Positions 55,239 to 64,000 of a stretch of 64,000 nt of DNA are shown here, piece by piece. This stretch comes from an uncultured Planctomycetales bacterium. GTDB lineage: Bacteria > Omnitrophota > Gorgyraeia > Zapsychrales > JANLHA01. Position 1 is the stretch's first letter, and each line of letters begins with the position of its first letter. The stretch lies in contig CAZQQI010000006.1 in assembly GCA_964595465.1 (NCBI GenBank), positions 655 through 64,654 on the forward strand. Direction: 5' to 3'. The notes under the pieces were generated by a model that was given only the letters and a program-made list of their open reading frames with translations, made no database searches and had not been told where the DNA came from. The position numbers were made by a program, and so were the translations under genes.

Positions 55239-56234
55239 TTAAATGAGTCCTTTATTATGATACCATTGAAGTGTTTTTGATAGTCCTTCTTCTAGATCAA
55301 TTTGAGGTTCATATTTCAACTCGCTTTTCGCTTTGCTGATATCTAAAATTCTATCGTGTGTTATTGATGAGATATTTCGCGCGGTCACCACGGGTTTTTT
55401 ATTTATTGATTTCATCAATTTTTCTTGAAGCCACGCTAAAAATTTTATTAAAAATACTGGAAAGTATACATAAAAAATTTTTTTGTTTAAAAATTTTTTT
55501 ATCACATTAAGAATTTCTTTTTGGCTGAATGATCGCGTCGGTCCGATCAGATAGGTCTCCCCTGTTTTTGCGTGGTCAACGGCAAGGATCAGTGCATCGA
55601 TCAGATCGTCAATGTATAAAGAAGGCGCAAGATTTTTGCCTAAACCGATTTTTGGATAGAATCCTTTTTTCGCAACTTTTGTCATGGTGAAGAAATCCCC
55701 TTTAAATCCTGGTCCGTATATCATACATGGGCGAATAATCGTTATCGGCAGGCCTTGTTCAATATATGATAACGCCGCGTGGTCGCTTTCATGTTTAGAT
55801 CGTTGATATGGTGTATATGGATTGCATTCAGTGTTTTCGTTAATGCGATGATCTTTTAGGATGCCATAGGCTGCCGTGCTGCTGATGTGAATAATTTTTT
55901 GAATGGATGGATTTTTACAACATTCATTTAAGATATTTTTTGTGCCTTCAACATTAACGGCGCGGAATTTCTTAAAAGCAGATTCAGATGGAAGATCGTG
56001 GCCCATGAGTGCAGCAAGATGAAATACGCAATCGATATTGTCGGTAGTGCCTGATAAGGTTTCAGGAGAAGTGATATCCCCTATATGAAAGTCTAAGTTG
56101 GATTGTTGGCCCAACATTTTTTTTGCTTTATCAGCATCTCTGACTAAGCAACGGCACCGATGTCCCAGTTTTAGAAGCCTTTTGACCAGGTTCTGCCCTA
56201 TAAAGCCGGTTGATCCAGTGATGAGAATATTCAT
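55239..56234 (-). CDS. NAD-dependent epimerase/dehydratase
   Basis: ITGSTGFIG, HLAA, ISST and YQRSK (YxxxK). Confidence 0.92.
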   Translation of the reverse strand: MNILITGSTGFIGQNLVKRLLKLGHRCRCLVRDADKAKKMLGQQSNLDFHIGDITSPETLSGTTDNIDCVFHLAALMGHDLPSESAFKKFRAVNVEGTKNILNECCKNPSIQKIIHISSTAAYGILKDHRINENTECNPYTPYQRSKHESDHAALSYIEQGLPITIIRPCMIYGPGFKGDFFTMTKVAKKGFYPKIGLGKNLAPSLYIDDLIDALILAVDHAKTGETYLIGPTRSFSQKEILNVIKKFLNKKIFYVYFPVFLIKFLAWLQEKLMKSINKKPVVTARNISSITHDRILDISKAKSELKYEPQIDLEEGLSKTLQWYHNKGLI

Positions 56235-56240
56235 AAATAA

Positions 56241-57515
56241 TTATGGTTGTGGCAATTCTAAAAGCTTATAGATTTCTTTTTTCATTAATTCTGATGCTTG
56301 ACCTGGACAAGAATTTACTTTTTTTGAAAATTCTTCTAATTTGTCAAGTGGATAATTGTGTAATGACCCTTCAAGTTTCTCCTTCAAATCGGAAAAGTCC
56401 GGTTTGAGAGTCGGGGCGATTGTTTTTAGTTCAGTAATAAGGCAGTTCTTGACAACAACATTTTCCGGGAAAGGGACGAAAATAATTGGTTTTTTTAGGA
56501 GTGCGGTATTCAAACACAATGATGTGAAGTCGGAAATAACAATATCAGCAACAATCATATACTCGACCCAATCATCCTCAGGTTCCCGGAATAAGATTCC
56601 TTCTTTTTTTTGAGTACGCAAATAATTACCCCAAACACGTTTATTCTTAGGTTGAGGGCGATGCTCGCGAGGGTGTATGTTTAAAATAAAATCATATTCG
56701 GATGTTAGAGAATTAATTTTTTTTAAGAATTTGTCACCATGCATATTGAAAAGACAATAGGGTCCCCAAGTACTGAGTATAAAAACAGCGGGTTTGTCAG
56801 TGGTTAAACCGATTTTATGGCGAAGGCGTGAACGGTGATTATACTTGTCAAGCATTTTATCATTTTGCAGGAGTCCAACAACCTTGATAACTTCATCAAA
56901 TTGAGGATCGATTTGGATTGCCGCAGTTTTGTTCCAATCGCTTGAGGAAAAAATACAATCAAAGCGCATTGCACCTCTCCTTAGATTTCGATAAACATAG
57001 TTACTATAGGTGAAACAATCATTGTCTTTTCGTTTGCTGCACACCTTATTAGTGAATCGTGAGAGATTTCGCTTTCCAGATTCAATGCCGTGACGAATCC
57101 ATAAAGTTTTGCAGCGTTCATTAGTTACTAAATGTCGCTGCCATCCTGATGAAGTAATGATAAGATCCCATTTATAGATAAAGGCTTTTAAAATTGAAAT
57201 TTTTTTATATGGAAGCTTATTTAAAATAAAATTCTTGCCATTTTTTCTATCAAATCGAAAGAAATCTAATAAGCGGATTTTCAGGCGGTCATCTGTTTTG
57301 ATAAGATCAATTGTTTCAGCAAGATATTCGGCCTGCAGTGATCGATCACAAACGATCAGAATATTTCTTTCGTTCTTTGATTCTGTTTTTTTAGATGATT
57401 TTATTAAAGGGTAAGTTAGAATCCCCAGAAATCGGAACAGATGATCAGTCAGTAAATATTCAAAAGCATCGCAGATGAATTGTTTTAAAGTTGTATGTTT
57501 TCCTAAAATTTTCAT
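56241..57515 (-). CDS. CDP-glycerol glycerophosphotransferase (TagF-like) family protein
   Basis: HG, G...ND, STW, HP and ADIVISDFTS motifs. Confidence 0.65.
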   Translation of the reverse strand: MKILGKHTTLKQFICDAFEYLLTDHLFRFLGILTYPLIKSSKKTESKNERNILIVCDRSLQAEYLAETIDLIKTDDRLKIRLLDFFRFDRKNGKNFILNKLPYKKISILKAFIYKWDLIITSSGWQRHLVTNERCKTLWIRHGIESGKRNLSRFTNKVCSKRKDNDCFTYSNYVYRNLRRGAMRFDCIFSSSDWNKTAAIQIDPQFDEVIKVVGLLQNDKMLDKYNHRSRLRHKIGLTTDKPAVFILSTWGPYCLFNMHGDKFLKKINSLTSEYDFILNIHPREHRPQPKNKRVWGNYLRTQKKEGILFREPEDDWVEYMIVADIVISDFTSLCLNTALLKKPIIFVPFPENVVVKNCLITELKTIAPTLKPDFSDLKEKLEGSLHNYPLDKLEEFSKKVNSCPGQASELMKKEIYKLLELPQP

Positions 57516-57516
57516 T

Positions 57517-58389
57517 TTATTTTCTTATAAATAGAGTGCTTATTATGCCAAAACTTTTTATTATGGTGCTTATGACAGCAAGGATCCACATTTGAATAAA
57601 TAATTTTCTTGTTATTGCCACGCTGCGTTTATTGATTCTTGTTGTTAATGTTTTCGGTTTTGGTGGCAAAAAGGATTTCAGTGTATTTGAGATAATTTTA
57701 TTTTTCGATATTTCGGTGTTCTTATAGTATGGAACGACTCCCTTTCCGATTCGGTATGATTTTTTTATTAAACCTTTAAAATTTCTTGTGGGGTGCTTAA
57801 CGATTGCTGCAGGGGAAAACAGAAGCCTATAATTTTTTGATGTGATATTTTTTGTCCATTGTCTGTCCCCTCCTGATTCTACACATGGGAAAAGCCCTTC
57901 TTTTTGAAATATGTTTTTTGGAGCAAACAGATTAGCTGTTTGGCAGACGCCTTTTTTGATTGAGGTTTCTGTGTTTAAAAAGGTTACAAAATCATATAAT
58001 TCAACTGGAGATCTTTTATTTCGGAAAAAAAGGTTGATTTTTCCACCGACTAGATCTGCTTTCCCATCGATAATCGGCTTGACCCCTTCCTCTAGCCAGT
58101 TATTACTCGGAATACAATCAGAATCTGTAAAGGCCAAAATTTCTCCTTGTGCGGTTTTAATGCCGGTATTGCGCGCAGCATAAGACCCTTTTTTGCCTTC
58201 AAAAGCGTAGACAGTATTAGGCAGTTGTTCGACTAAATTCTTGATACTTTCAGTGGAATTATTATCAACGACAATGATTTCGTAAAGATGCCGCGGATAG
58301 CTCTGATTTTGTAAAGCGTCCAGACACAGCTTAAGACGCTGCGAGTCGTTATGGACGGGAATTATAACTGAAATAAAGGGGTTATTCAT
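57517..58389 (-). CDS. GT2 glycosyltransferase (copy 1)
   Basis: ISVIIPV, VVDNNS, YAARN and FTDSDC. Confidence 0.92.
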   Translation of the reverse strand: MNNPFISVIIPVHNDSQRLKLCLDALQNQSYPRHLYEIIVVDNNSTESIKNLVEQLPNTVYAFEGKKGSYAARNTGIKTAQGEILAFTDSDCIPSNNWLEEGVKPIIDGKADLVGGKINLFFRNKRSPVELYDFVTFLNTETSIKKGVCQTANLFAPKNIFQKEGLFPCVESGGDRQWTKNITSKNYRLLFSPAAIVKHPTRNFKGLIKKSYRIGKGVVPYYKNTEISKNKIISNTLKSFLPPKPKTLTTRINKRSVAITRKLFIQMWILAVISTIIKSFGIISTLFIRK

Positions 58390-59491
58390 TGTAGCCGTTT
58401 ATGTGAAGGTTTGTTAGGACTTCATCCGGTAATCGTGTTAATTCATAAATTCTGGCTGTCAATGTTGCCGGATCAGCTGTGTTTTTGTCGAACATTTTGG
58501 TCTTGTTATTATATGTTTTGTTGATCTGCTGTTTGACCCACCATGCGATCTTTTCACGGGATGTATTGTCGTCCTGAAAAACACTCAGGGTAAAGGCATT
58601 TTCAAATCCACACGGATTATAAGGATATCCGAAGCGGTTATCCACCAATTGCTCTATATATTGCTGGGAATTCATATAGTCATAGCATACCTGAAAAACA
58701 GGACTTTGCCAAAAGCTATGATCCGGAAAAACACCTTTCAGTAAAGCAAATCCGTACATGTTGAACGCGTGGTATCCGATGGATTTATAAATAAGTTCTT
58801 CTGAAAGCGGTTTTATGCATTTTTTCAAAGAGCGTGTTATTTTTTTTCTGAGTGATATGTTTTTTAAACGGTGAAGGGGTAGAGGGTGATAGATGAGCCC
58901 TGTCTTGAGGACGTCAAGATTGAGGGATAAGGAATCCAGAAAATGACGGATTTTGGGGTAGATGCCATACTGATCATGTTTGTCAAGAAGGGCTGAGCAG
59001 GCCGCGAACCAGAGCTGATGATTAAACGTCGGATCTAAGGCGAGTTTCGTTCCGTCAATTTCCAGCTTGTGCCAAAGAGTATTGTTTTTGTCATACGTAT
59101 GGAGGCAAAAGACTTCACGGGCAAGGTTAATATACTTCGGGTCATTTAATATTTCACTGGCTTTAGCTAAAGCTTCGAAGGTCCATGCCTGTCCGATGAG
59201 TCCGTTGCAGCGATCCTTTTTACCCTTCTTGCGGTGAAAAAAGGAAAAACCGTGAGGCCGGGCTTCGGGAGAACAAAGATATTCTGCTAGCTTTTGAATA
59301 TGATCTAAATATATTTCTTTTTCATCAAGTTCATAGCATTTCGCCAGGGTGATGAGCCAGTGAGCTGAATTTCGTACCGGTGTTTCAGGATCATCATAAG
59401 GGCCGTTATGACCGCTTTGAAATTTGCCGTCTTGAAAACTGCAAATCAAGTTTTTGTTTGTAACATTAAGGATGAATTCTGCTGCAGTCAT
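58382..59491 (-). CDS. AglQ-like protein
   Basis: GHNGPYDDPETPVRN..HWL, CNGLIGQAW..EAL, D.TFNHQLWFAA and GYHAFN.Y resemble the agl-cluster protein AglQ family as I recall it. Confidence 0.65.
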   Translation of the reverse strand: MTAAEFILNVTNKNLICSFQDGKFQSGHNGPYDDPETPVRNSAHWLITLAKCYELDEKEIYLDHIQKLAEYLCSPEARPHGFSFFHRKKGKKDRCNGLIGQAWTFEALAKASEILNDPKYINLAREVFCLHTYDKNNTLWHKLEIDGTKLALDPTFNHQLWFAACSALLDKHDQYGIYPKIRHFLDSLSLNLDVLKTGLIYHPLPLHRLKNISLRKKITRSLKKCIKPLSEELIYKSIGYHAFNMYGFALLKGVFPDHSFWQSPVFQVCYDYMNSQQYIEQLVDNRFGYPYNPCGFENAFTLSVFQDDNTSREKIAWWVKQQINKTYNNKTKMFDKNTADPATLTARIYELTRLPDEVLTNLHINGYNE

Positions 59492-59492
59492 C

Positions 59493-60386
59493 TCAAGCTC
59501 GTATGATTTGTGATAAGTTTTTAACAATCGTTATAACTCTTCCCGAAAATGTAGCAAATCGGCATAACCACGCGACCCCCCATATCGATAAGAGCTTTTT
59601 GGACATGTCCGGCGTTCCCCGTTCCTCAGTAAGTTTTCTGATGTGCCTGGGGCTGGGCGGCAGTAATCCCAACAATGTGCGTGTGAAAAATTTTCTTTTG
59701 GGTTCTTTTAACTCCAGCCAGATATAGGGCTGACCTTTCCCGACACGGAAGGATTTTTTCAAAAGAGGTATTAATTTTCTTGCGGGATGCTTAACGGTCG
59801 CGTCTTTCTGGTAGTAGATTTGAATGCCTTGTTGTGTTGCGCTTTTTGTCCATATGACATCACCACCAGAACAACACGTTGGGAATAAACCGATTATATC
59901 GAACACGTTTTTTTTAACAAAAAGATTCGCTGTCTTTCCTATTTTACGTCGATGAATATTTTCTTTGTGTTGCATATTTACAATGGAATCATAGAATTCA
60001 GCAGAACTTTTTTCTGCACTATAGATGAAAGCGATTTTTCCGCCTACAAGATCAGCGGTGCCTTCGATGATAGGTTTTGAACCTTCGTGCAGCCAATCTT
60101 GGCAAGGGATACAATCCGAATCGGTAAACGCGATAATTTCGCCTTGTGCGATTGAGAGCCCTTTATTGCGCGCCGCGTATGACCTCTTCTCCTTTTCAAA
60201 GGTGTAAATGGTCTTAGGATACCTTTCGACCAAGGATTTGATATCTTCGGTAGAATTATTGTCAACGACAATGATTTCGTACCGGTCAGCGGGATAAGTT
60301 TGATCATGTAGGGCATCGAGGCATTTTTTTAAACGCTGGCTGTCATTATAAACCGGGATTATAATCGAAATAAACGGGTTATTCAT
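59493..60386 (-). CDS. GT2 glycosyltransferase (copy 2, paralog of 57517-58389)
   Basis: Near-identical N-terminus MNNPFIS.IIPV.NDSQRLK.CLDAL. Confidence 0.92.
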   Translation of the reverse strand: MNNPFISIIIPVYNDSQRLKKCLDALHDQTYPADRYEIIVVDNNSTEDIKSLVERYPKTIYTFEKEKRSYAARNKGLSIAQGEIIAFTDSDCIPCQDWLHEGSKPIIEGTADLVGGKIAFIYSAEKSSAEFYDSIVNMQHKENIHRRKIGKTANLFVKKNVFDIIGLFPTCCSGGDVIWTKSATQQGIQIYYQKDATVKHPARKLIPLLKKSFRVGKGQPYIWLELKEPKRKFFTRTLLGLLPPSPRHIRKLTEERGTPDMSKKLLSIWGVAWLCRFATFSGRVITIVKNLSQIIRA

Positions 60387-60684
60387 TGTGATGGTTTATC
60401 TGAATGTTTGCTAGGATTTTCTGCGGTAATCGTGTCAATTCATAAATTCTTGCTGTCAGCGTTGCCGGATCAGTTGTGTTTTTATCGAACATTCCGGTCC
60501 TGTTATTATATGTTTTGCTGATCTGCTGGTTGACCCACCATGCGATTTTTTCCTGGGATGTATTGTCATGCTGAAAAACACTTAGTGTGAATGCGTTTTC
60601 AAAGTACGCACTTAACTTATCCGCACAATTGAGAATCGGGATTATTATGGAGACTTCAGGCAATATTTTTTTGTCTATGGACAT
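60379..60684 (-). pseudogene. Chimeric remnant: GT2 N-terminus fused in frame to a second AglQ-like C-terminus
   Basis: VSIIIPILN (GT2 start) followed by FENAFTLSVFQ..DPATLTARIYELTRLP, matching the 3' end of 58382-59491. Confidence 0.8.
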
Positions 60685-60695
60685 AAGTTAAAAAT

Positions 60696-61889
60696 TCAAT
60701 TTTGCAATACAGATTCAAGCTTATGATTCAGGTTTTCTGTATTAAAGTGGCATTTAATAAAATGTCGTGCTGCTTTTGCGCATTTTTGCGCGTTTTCCCA
60801 ATTGGATAGAACATATTTTATCTTTTCGTATAATGCAACCGGATCAGATTCTGGCACCAGCCAGCCAGTTTCGTTGTCCGTGATGAGTTCAGGGATGCCG
60901 GAATGATTCGAGGAAATGACCGGGATGCCGCGGGCCATAGATTCCATTAAAACGACCGGGATCCCCTCTTTGTCCCCGGTATGCGGGTCTGTTTTACTCG
61001 GAAGAATGAAAATATCAGTATTGTCATAATATTTTCCGATTTGATCATTCGGGATAGACCCGAGCATATTGACATGCCGGTCCAGTTGATAGTCTTTAAT
61101 AAGTCGATTTATGACCGGTTCCATTGGTCCGGATCCAATAATTGTATAGGAAAATCGGTAGTATTGCTTTAATAAAGATAATGCTTTAAGCGAATCATCA
61201 TATCCTTTTTTGGTGACCAGTCTTCCAATAGTGAGGAACCTGACAGGATTCTGCATGTTTAGAGATCGTGCCTGATAGACATGTTTTTTAATATCAATAC
61301 CCATGTGCAGTATATTGAGCTTTTTTTCAGGAGCGCCGAGTTGAATTAATTTTTCTTTCCAGTGATTAGAAATAGGTAATAAGATATCAGCGGTATTAAA
61401 AATATCATGATAAATGTTAGATCCGTATTTTTTAAGATAGGCGGACATGTCAATGCCATGAAAAAAAACCGCAACGTTTGCGTATGGCTGTAAGAATTTT
61501 AAATATTTAAGTTTGTTGGCAACGTAGCCAAAGTGGATGATGAAAGCGTCCACGTCTTCGTATTCGGCTAGTTGGACAGAATAAATAAATGAGCCTAACG
61601 GTCTTTTTTTTAATGCTGAGAAAAATATTTTTAGAATGCGCAAACCGTATTTCGGGAAAGCCTGACATAAATATTTAAAGAATATGAGCAAGCGGCCCAT
61701 AATTTTTTTGGGGCAATGAAGATACCGGACTTTATTTCTAATCTCATGGGAAAAGTTATCACCAGGTTTCCCCTTGTGCATAGCACATATGTATATATCA
61801 TGGCCGCGGGCCATCATCCCTCTGATCTGGTTCAGAATAAAGGTTTGGGTCGTCGCCGGAAATTTGTATACGCAAAAAATTATTTTCAT
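60696..61889 (-). CDS. GT4 glycosyltransferase (WcaL-like)
   Basis: FP..QTFI.NQI, FHG.D, GRL..KKG and EGIPVVLMESMA. Confidence 0.92.
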   Translation of the reverse strand: MKIIFCVYKFPATTQTFILNQIRGMMARGHDIYICAMHKGKPGDNFSHEIRNKVRYLHCPKKIMGRLLIFFKYLCQAFPKYGLRILKIFFSALKKRPLGSFIYSVQLAEYEDVDAFIIHFGYVANKLKYLKFLQPYANVAVFFHGIDMSAYLKKYGSNIYHDIFNTADILLPISNHWKEKLIQLGAPEKKLNILHMGIDIKKHVYQARSLNMQNPVRFLTIGRLVTKKGYDDSLKALSLLKQYYRFSYTIIGSGPMEPVINRLIKDYQLDRHVNMLGSIPNDQIGKYYDNTDIFILPSKTDPHTGDKEGIPVVLMESMARGIPVISSNHSGIPELITDNETGWLVPESDPVALYEKIKYVLSNWENAQKCAKAARHFIKCHFNTENLNHKLESVLQN

Positions 61890-61910
61890 TTGTATGGGTG
61901 CCTATTTGAA

Positions 61911-62636
61911 TCAATTTTTCTTTATTCGGGCTTTTGTAACAATCTGGTAACCAAACAGAGATGGAAACTGTTTTAGGATTGGATAAAAAAGACGCTTAGG
62001 CCGTATCCATCGGGGAAATTTATAGCATGGCAGAACATCGGTCAGTTCAAATCCGGCATTTTCGAGCAAGTCGTGAAATGAATTTAGCGTAAAATGGTGA
62101 ATATGTTCTGCATTGTGAATAAGGTAATCCTTTGGGAAATCCCCCCGTAATAAATCCAGACGGTTTTGGTACCAGGCAATATTAGGGAAAGAGGCAATTA
62201 AAATGCCATTATCTTCTAGCAAAGATCTCAGTTGGTGAAGGGCTTTTTCCGGCTCGAAAAGGTGTTCAAGCACCTCTAAAGCAATGGCAAAATCGAATCG
62301 CTTATTATTCATTTTTTCAAGGAGATCATCGTGCTCTAAATTGATTTGATGCAATTCATCATAGAAAGGAGCGGCTAGGCTCAAGGCGGTTTCTGATATG
62401 TCACAGCCTGTAAGCACTGTTGAAGCGCTATAATTTTCTTTTAATAATTTCCCAAGGGTGCCTTCGCCGCAGGCTGAATCAAGGATATGGACAGTGTCCT
62501 TCCCCATGTGTTCTTTAATCATATGAATTGTTTTAACAATTCTTTCTGGTATCCACATGCCTTCCCGTGTGTGAAGACGTTGTTGAGCATTGCGTTTTAA
62601 CCAATAATTTTCATAAAAAGTTTTAGAATTAATCAT
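61911..62636 (-). CDS. Class I SAM-dependent methyltransferase
   Basis: ILDSACGEG, CDIS, EVLEHL and S.PN. Confidence 0.88.
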   Translation of the reverse strand: MINSKTFYENYWLKRNAQQRLHTREGMWIPERIVKTIHMIKEHMGKDTVHILDSACGEGTLGKLLKENYSASTVLTGCDISETALSLAAPFYDELHQINLEHDDLLEKMNNKRFDFAIALEVLEHLFEPEKALHQLRSLLEDNGILIASFPNIAWYQNRLDLLRGDFPKDYLIHNAEHIHHFTLNSFHDLLENAGFELTDVLPCYKFPRWIRPKRLFYPILKQFPSLFGYQIVTKARIKKN

Positions 62637-62640
62637 GTAA

Positions 62641-63999
62641 TCAGATCTCCGTGAGCTTAAGCAGCAACCCCTTAATATCTAAATTATAATATTTAAACGA
62701 GTAAAAAGAGCAGAATGTGTATATGCAAATAGCAATACCAATCAGCAGGGCAGACATTGCCAAATTAGAACCACATGAGCTAAATATTACCGATTTTATC
62801 ACAATTATTACTAAGGTCATAACCAAAGTATTAATAAGCGGAAGCAAAAACATGATAAAAAAGTCCTTAAAATTGAAGTTAAGTATATTTCTGACTTTTA
62901 TATACGCCCATATATTAGGGATGATTGAAGAGATGACAACTGCCATGGCCGTTCCATTAAAGCCGTATGTTTTTGATAATGGATAAATTGTTAGTGCTAA
63001 CATTATTAATTGAAGGAACTGCAGCTTTGTTGCAATATGGGGTCTCCCGATTCCTAAAAATATCGGTCCTGTTGTGGCGCCAATCGATCGAACTAAGCCC
63101 CACACCGCTAAGATCTGGATAGCAGGAATGATCGGGACCCATTGCTCTCCCAAAATAGGGTATATGAGGGCGGGGCTAAATATAATAATAATGGATATTA
63201 ATGGGAAAGTGATGAAAGCAATCATTAAATGTATTTGCAAATAAATTCTTTTTAAGCGGAGTCGGTTATTTTGAACCTGAGAATATACGGGAAAAAGCAC
63301 TTTTGAAACGATATGCGTTACTTCGGTTACAGGCAGGTTAGAGATTAAGTATGCCATTTGATAAAGTCCCAGTGCCGTAGCGCCGATTATTTTTCCTACA
63401 AAAAGATCGTCGCCTTTGGTAATAAGAAAAACGATAATATGAGAGCCCAATATCCATTTTCCGAATTTAAAAAGCTCTTTGAGGGCTTTTCTGCTAACAA
63501 AAAATTTAGGGCGATACGGATCGAGTTGATATGATAAAAAACAGTGTGTTAAAATCCCGGCAAGATGTCCCCAGACGAGAGCCCAGACATTTTTGTACAA
63601 TACAGCCAATAGGATCGATGTAAGCAGGGTTATACTATTTGAAGCTAAATGCAAAGTAAAATATTTTTTAAAATTCAATTCTTTTTGAAAGAGTACGGTG
63701 GATATGTTGGTAAAAGAAGAAAATATGACAGAAAGTCCCATAACTTGGAATAATAAAGCCATTTGGGGTATGTCAAAGAATTTTGCCCAAAAGTTAGCAG
63801 TGAAAAATATAAAGGCGAAAATTAATCCGGCCCTTATGATCCCGAATGTCCAAGAGGTATTTAAGTACTTATCGATGTCTTGGCGACTGAAAAATTTTTT
63901 TTGAATTATAGCTGTCTGAAATCCGGTTTCGGAGAATGTTTTTAATGTTAAAAGGAACAATGCCGCAATACTAAAGAAACCAAAATCTTTAGGTGTTAG
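62641..63999 (-). CDS. wzx: Wzx/WzxC-type polysaccharide flippase; 5' end outside the window
   Basis: Frame open to the window end (LTPKDFG); D...VGK..G...LG.Y..A and GEQW motifs; many TMs. Confidence 0.88.
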   Translation of the reverse strand, partial: LTPKDFGFFSIAALFLLTLKTFSETGFQTAIIQKKFFSRQDIDKYLNTSWTFGIIRAGLIFAFIFFTANFWAKFFDIPQMALLFQVMGLSVIFSSFTNISTVLFQKELNFKKYFTLHLASNSITLLTSILLAVLYKNVWALVWGHLAGILTHCFLSYQLDPYRPKFFVSRKALKELFKFGKWILGSHIIVFLITKGDDLFVGKIIGATALGLYQMAYLISNLPVTEVTHIVSKVLFPVYSQVQNNRLRLKRIYLQIHLMIAFITFPLISIIIIFSPALIYPILGEQWVPIIPAIQILAVWGLVRSIGATTGPIFLGIGRPHIATKLQFLQLIMLALTIYPLSKTYGFNGTAMAVVISSIIPNIWAYIKVRNILNFNFKDFFIMFLLPLINTLVMTLVIIVIKSVIFSSCGSNLAMSALLIGIAICIYTFCSFYSFKYYNLDIKGLLLKLTEI

Positions 64000-64000
64000 A

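Overview
A 64-kb bacterial chromosomal segment from a diderm organism; gene content and order suggest a PVC-group lineage such as Ca. Omnitrophota, but that is only a guess. (1) 1-19.5 kb is a large PEP-CTERM/exosortase locus. It has the exosortase 3' end, EpsI, a consensus sigma-54 promoter with upstream enhancer-like palindromes and three PEP-CTERM surface proteins. Its priming phosphoglycosyl transferase carries its own signal peptide and an INTERNAL PEP-CTERM sorting signal. It also encodes a PaaK-like ligase, a Lol/MacB-like export cassette, an exosortase-associated N-acyltransferase, an AMP-ligase-ACP-ACP-PlsC megaenzyme, and a TPR / GAF kinase / sigma-54 activator / PocR-GAF module. (2) A DUF134 gene with palindromic operators and a clear XerC/D dif-like site at 20426-20453, onto which genes converge. 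(3) 20.5-36.5 kb is housekeeping: cyclophilin, a long acidic disordered protein, nadC, valS, cimA, lysC, apgM-like, coaB, thrC, hom, PilZ, tRNA-Pro and gpsA. (4) 36.5-53 kb holds GT-C/GT2 glycosylation genes, tRNA-Thr/Tyr/Gly, recN, short tandem repeats, a PPi-type PFK and a radical SAM gene. (5) 53-64 kb is an AT-rich Wzx-type glycan cluster with an AglQ-like gene and a decayed ~2.0-kb tandem duplication. The best candidate for an undescribed system is the exosortase locus, where sorting, glycan priming, acyl-lipid synthesis and export appear physically coupled. All calls come from motif recognition by eye; no database searches were run.
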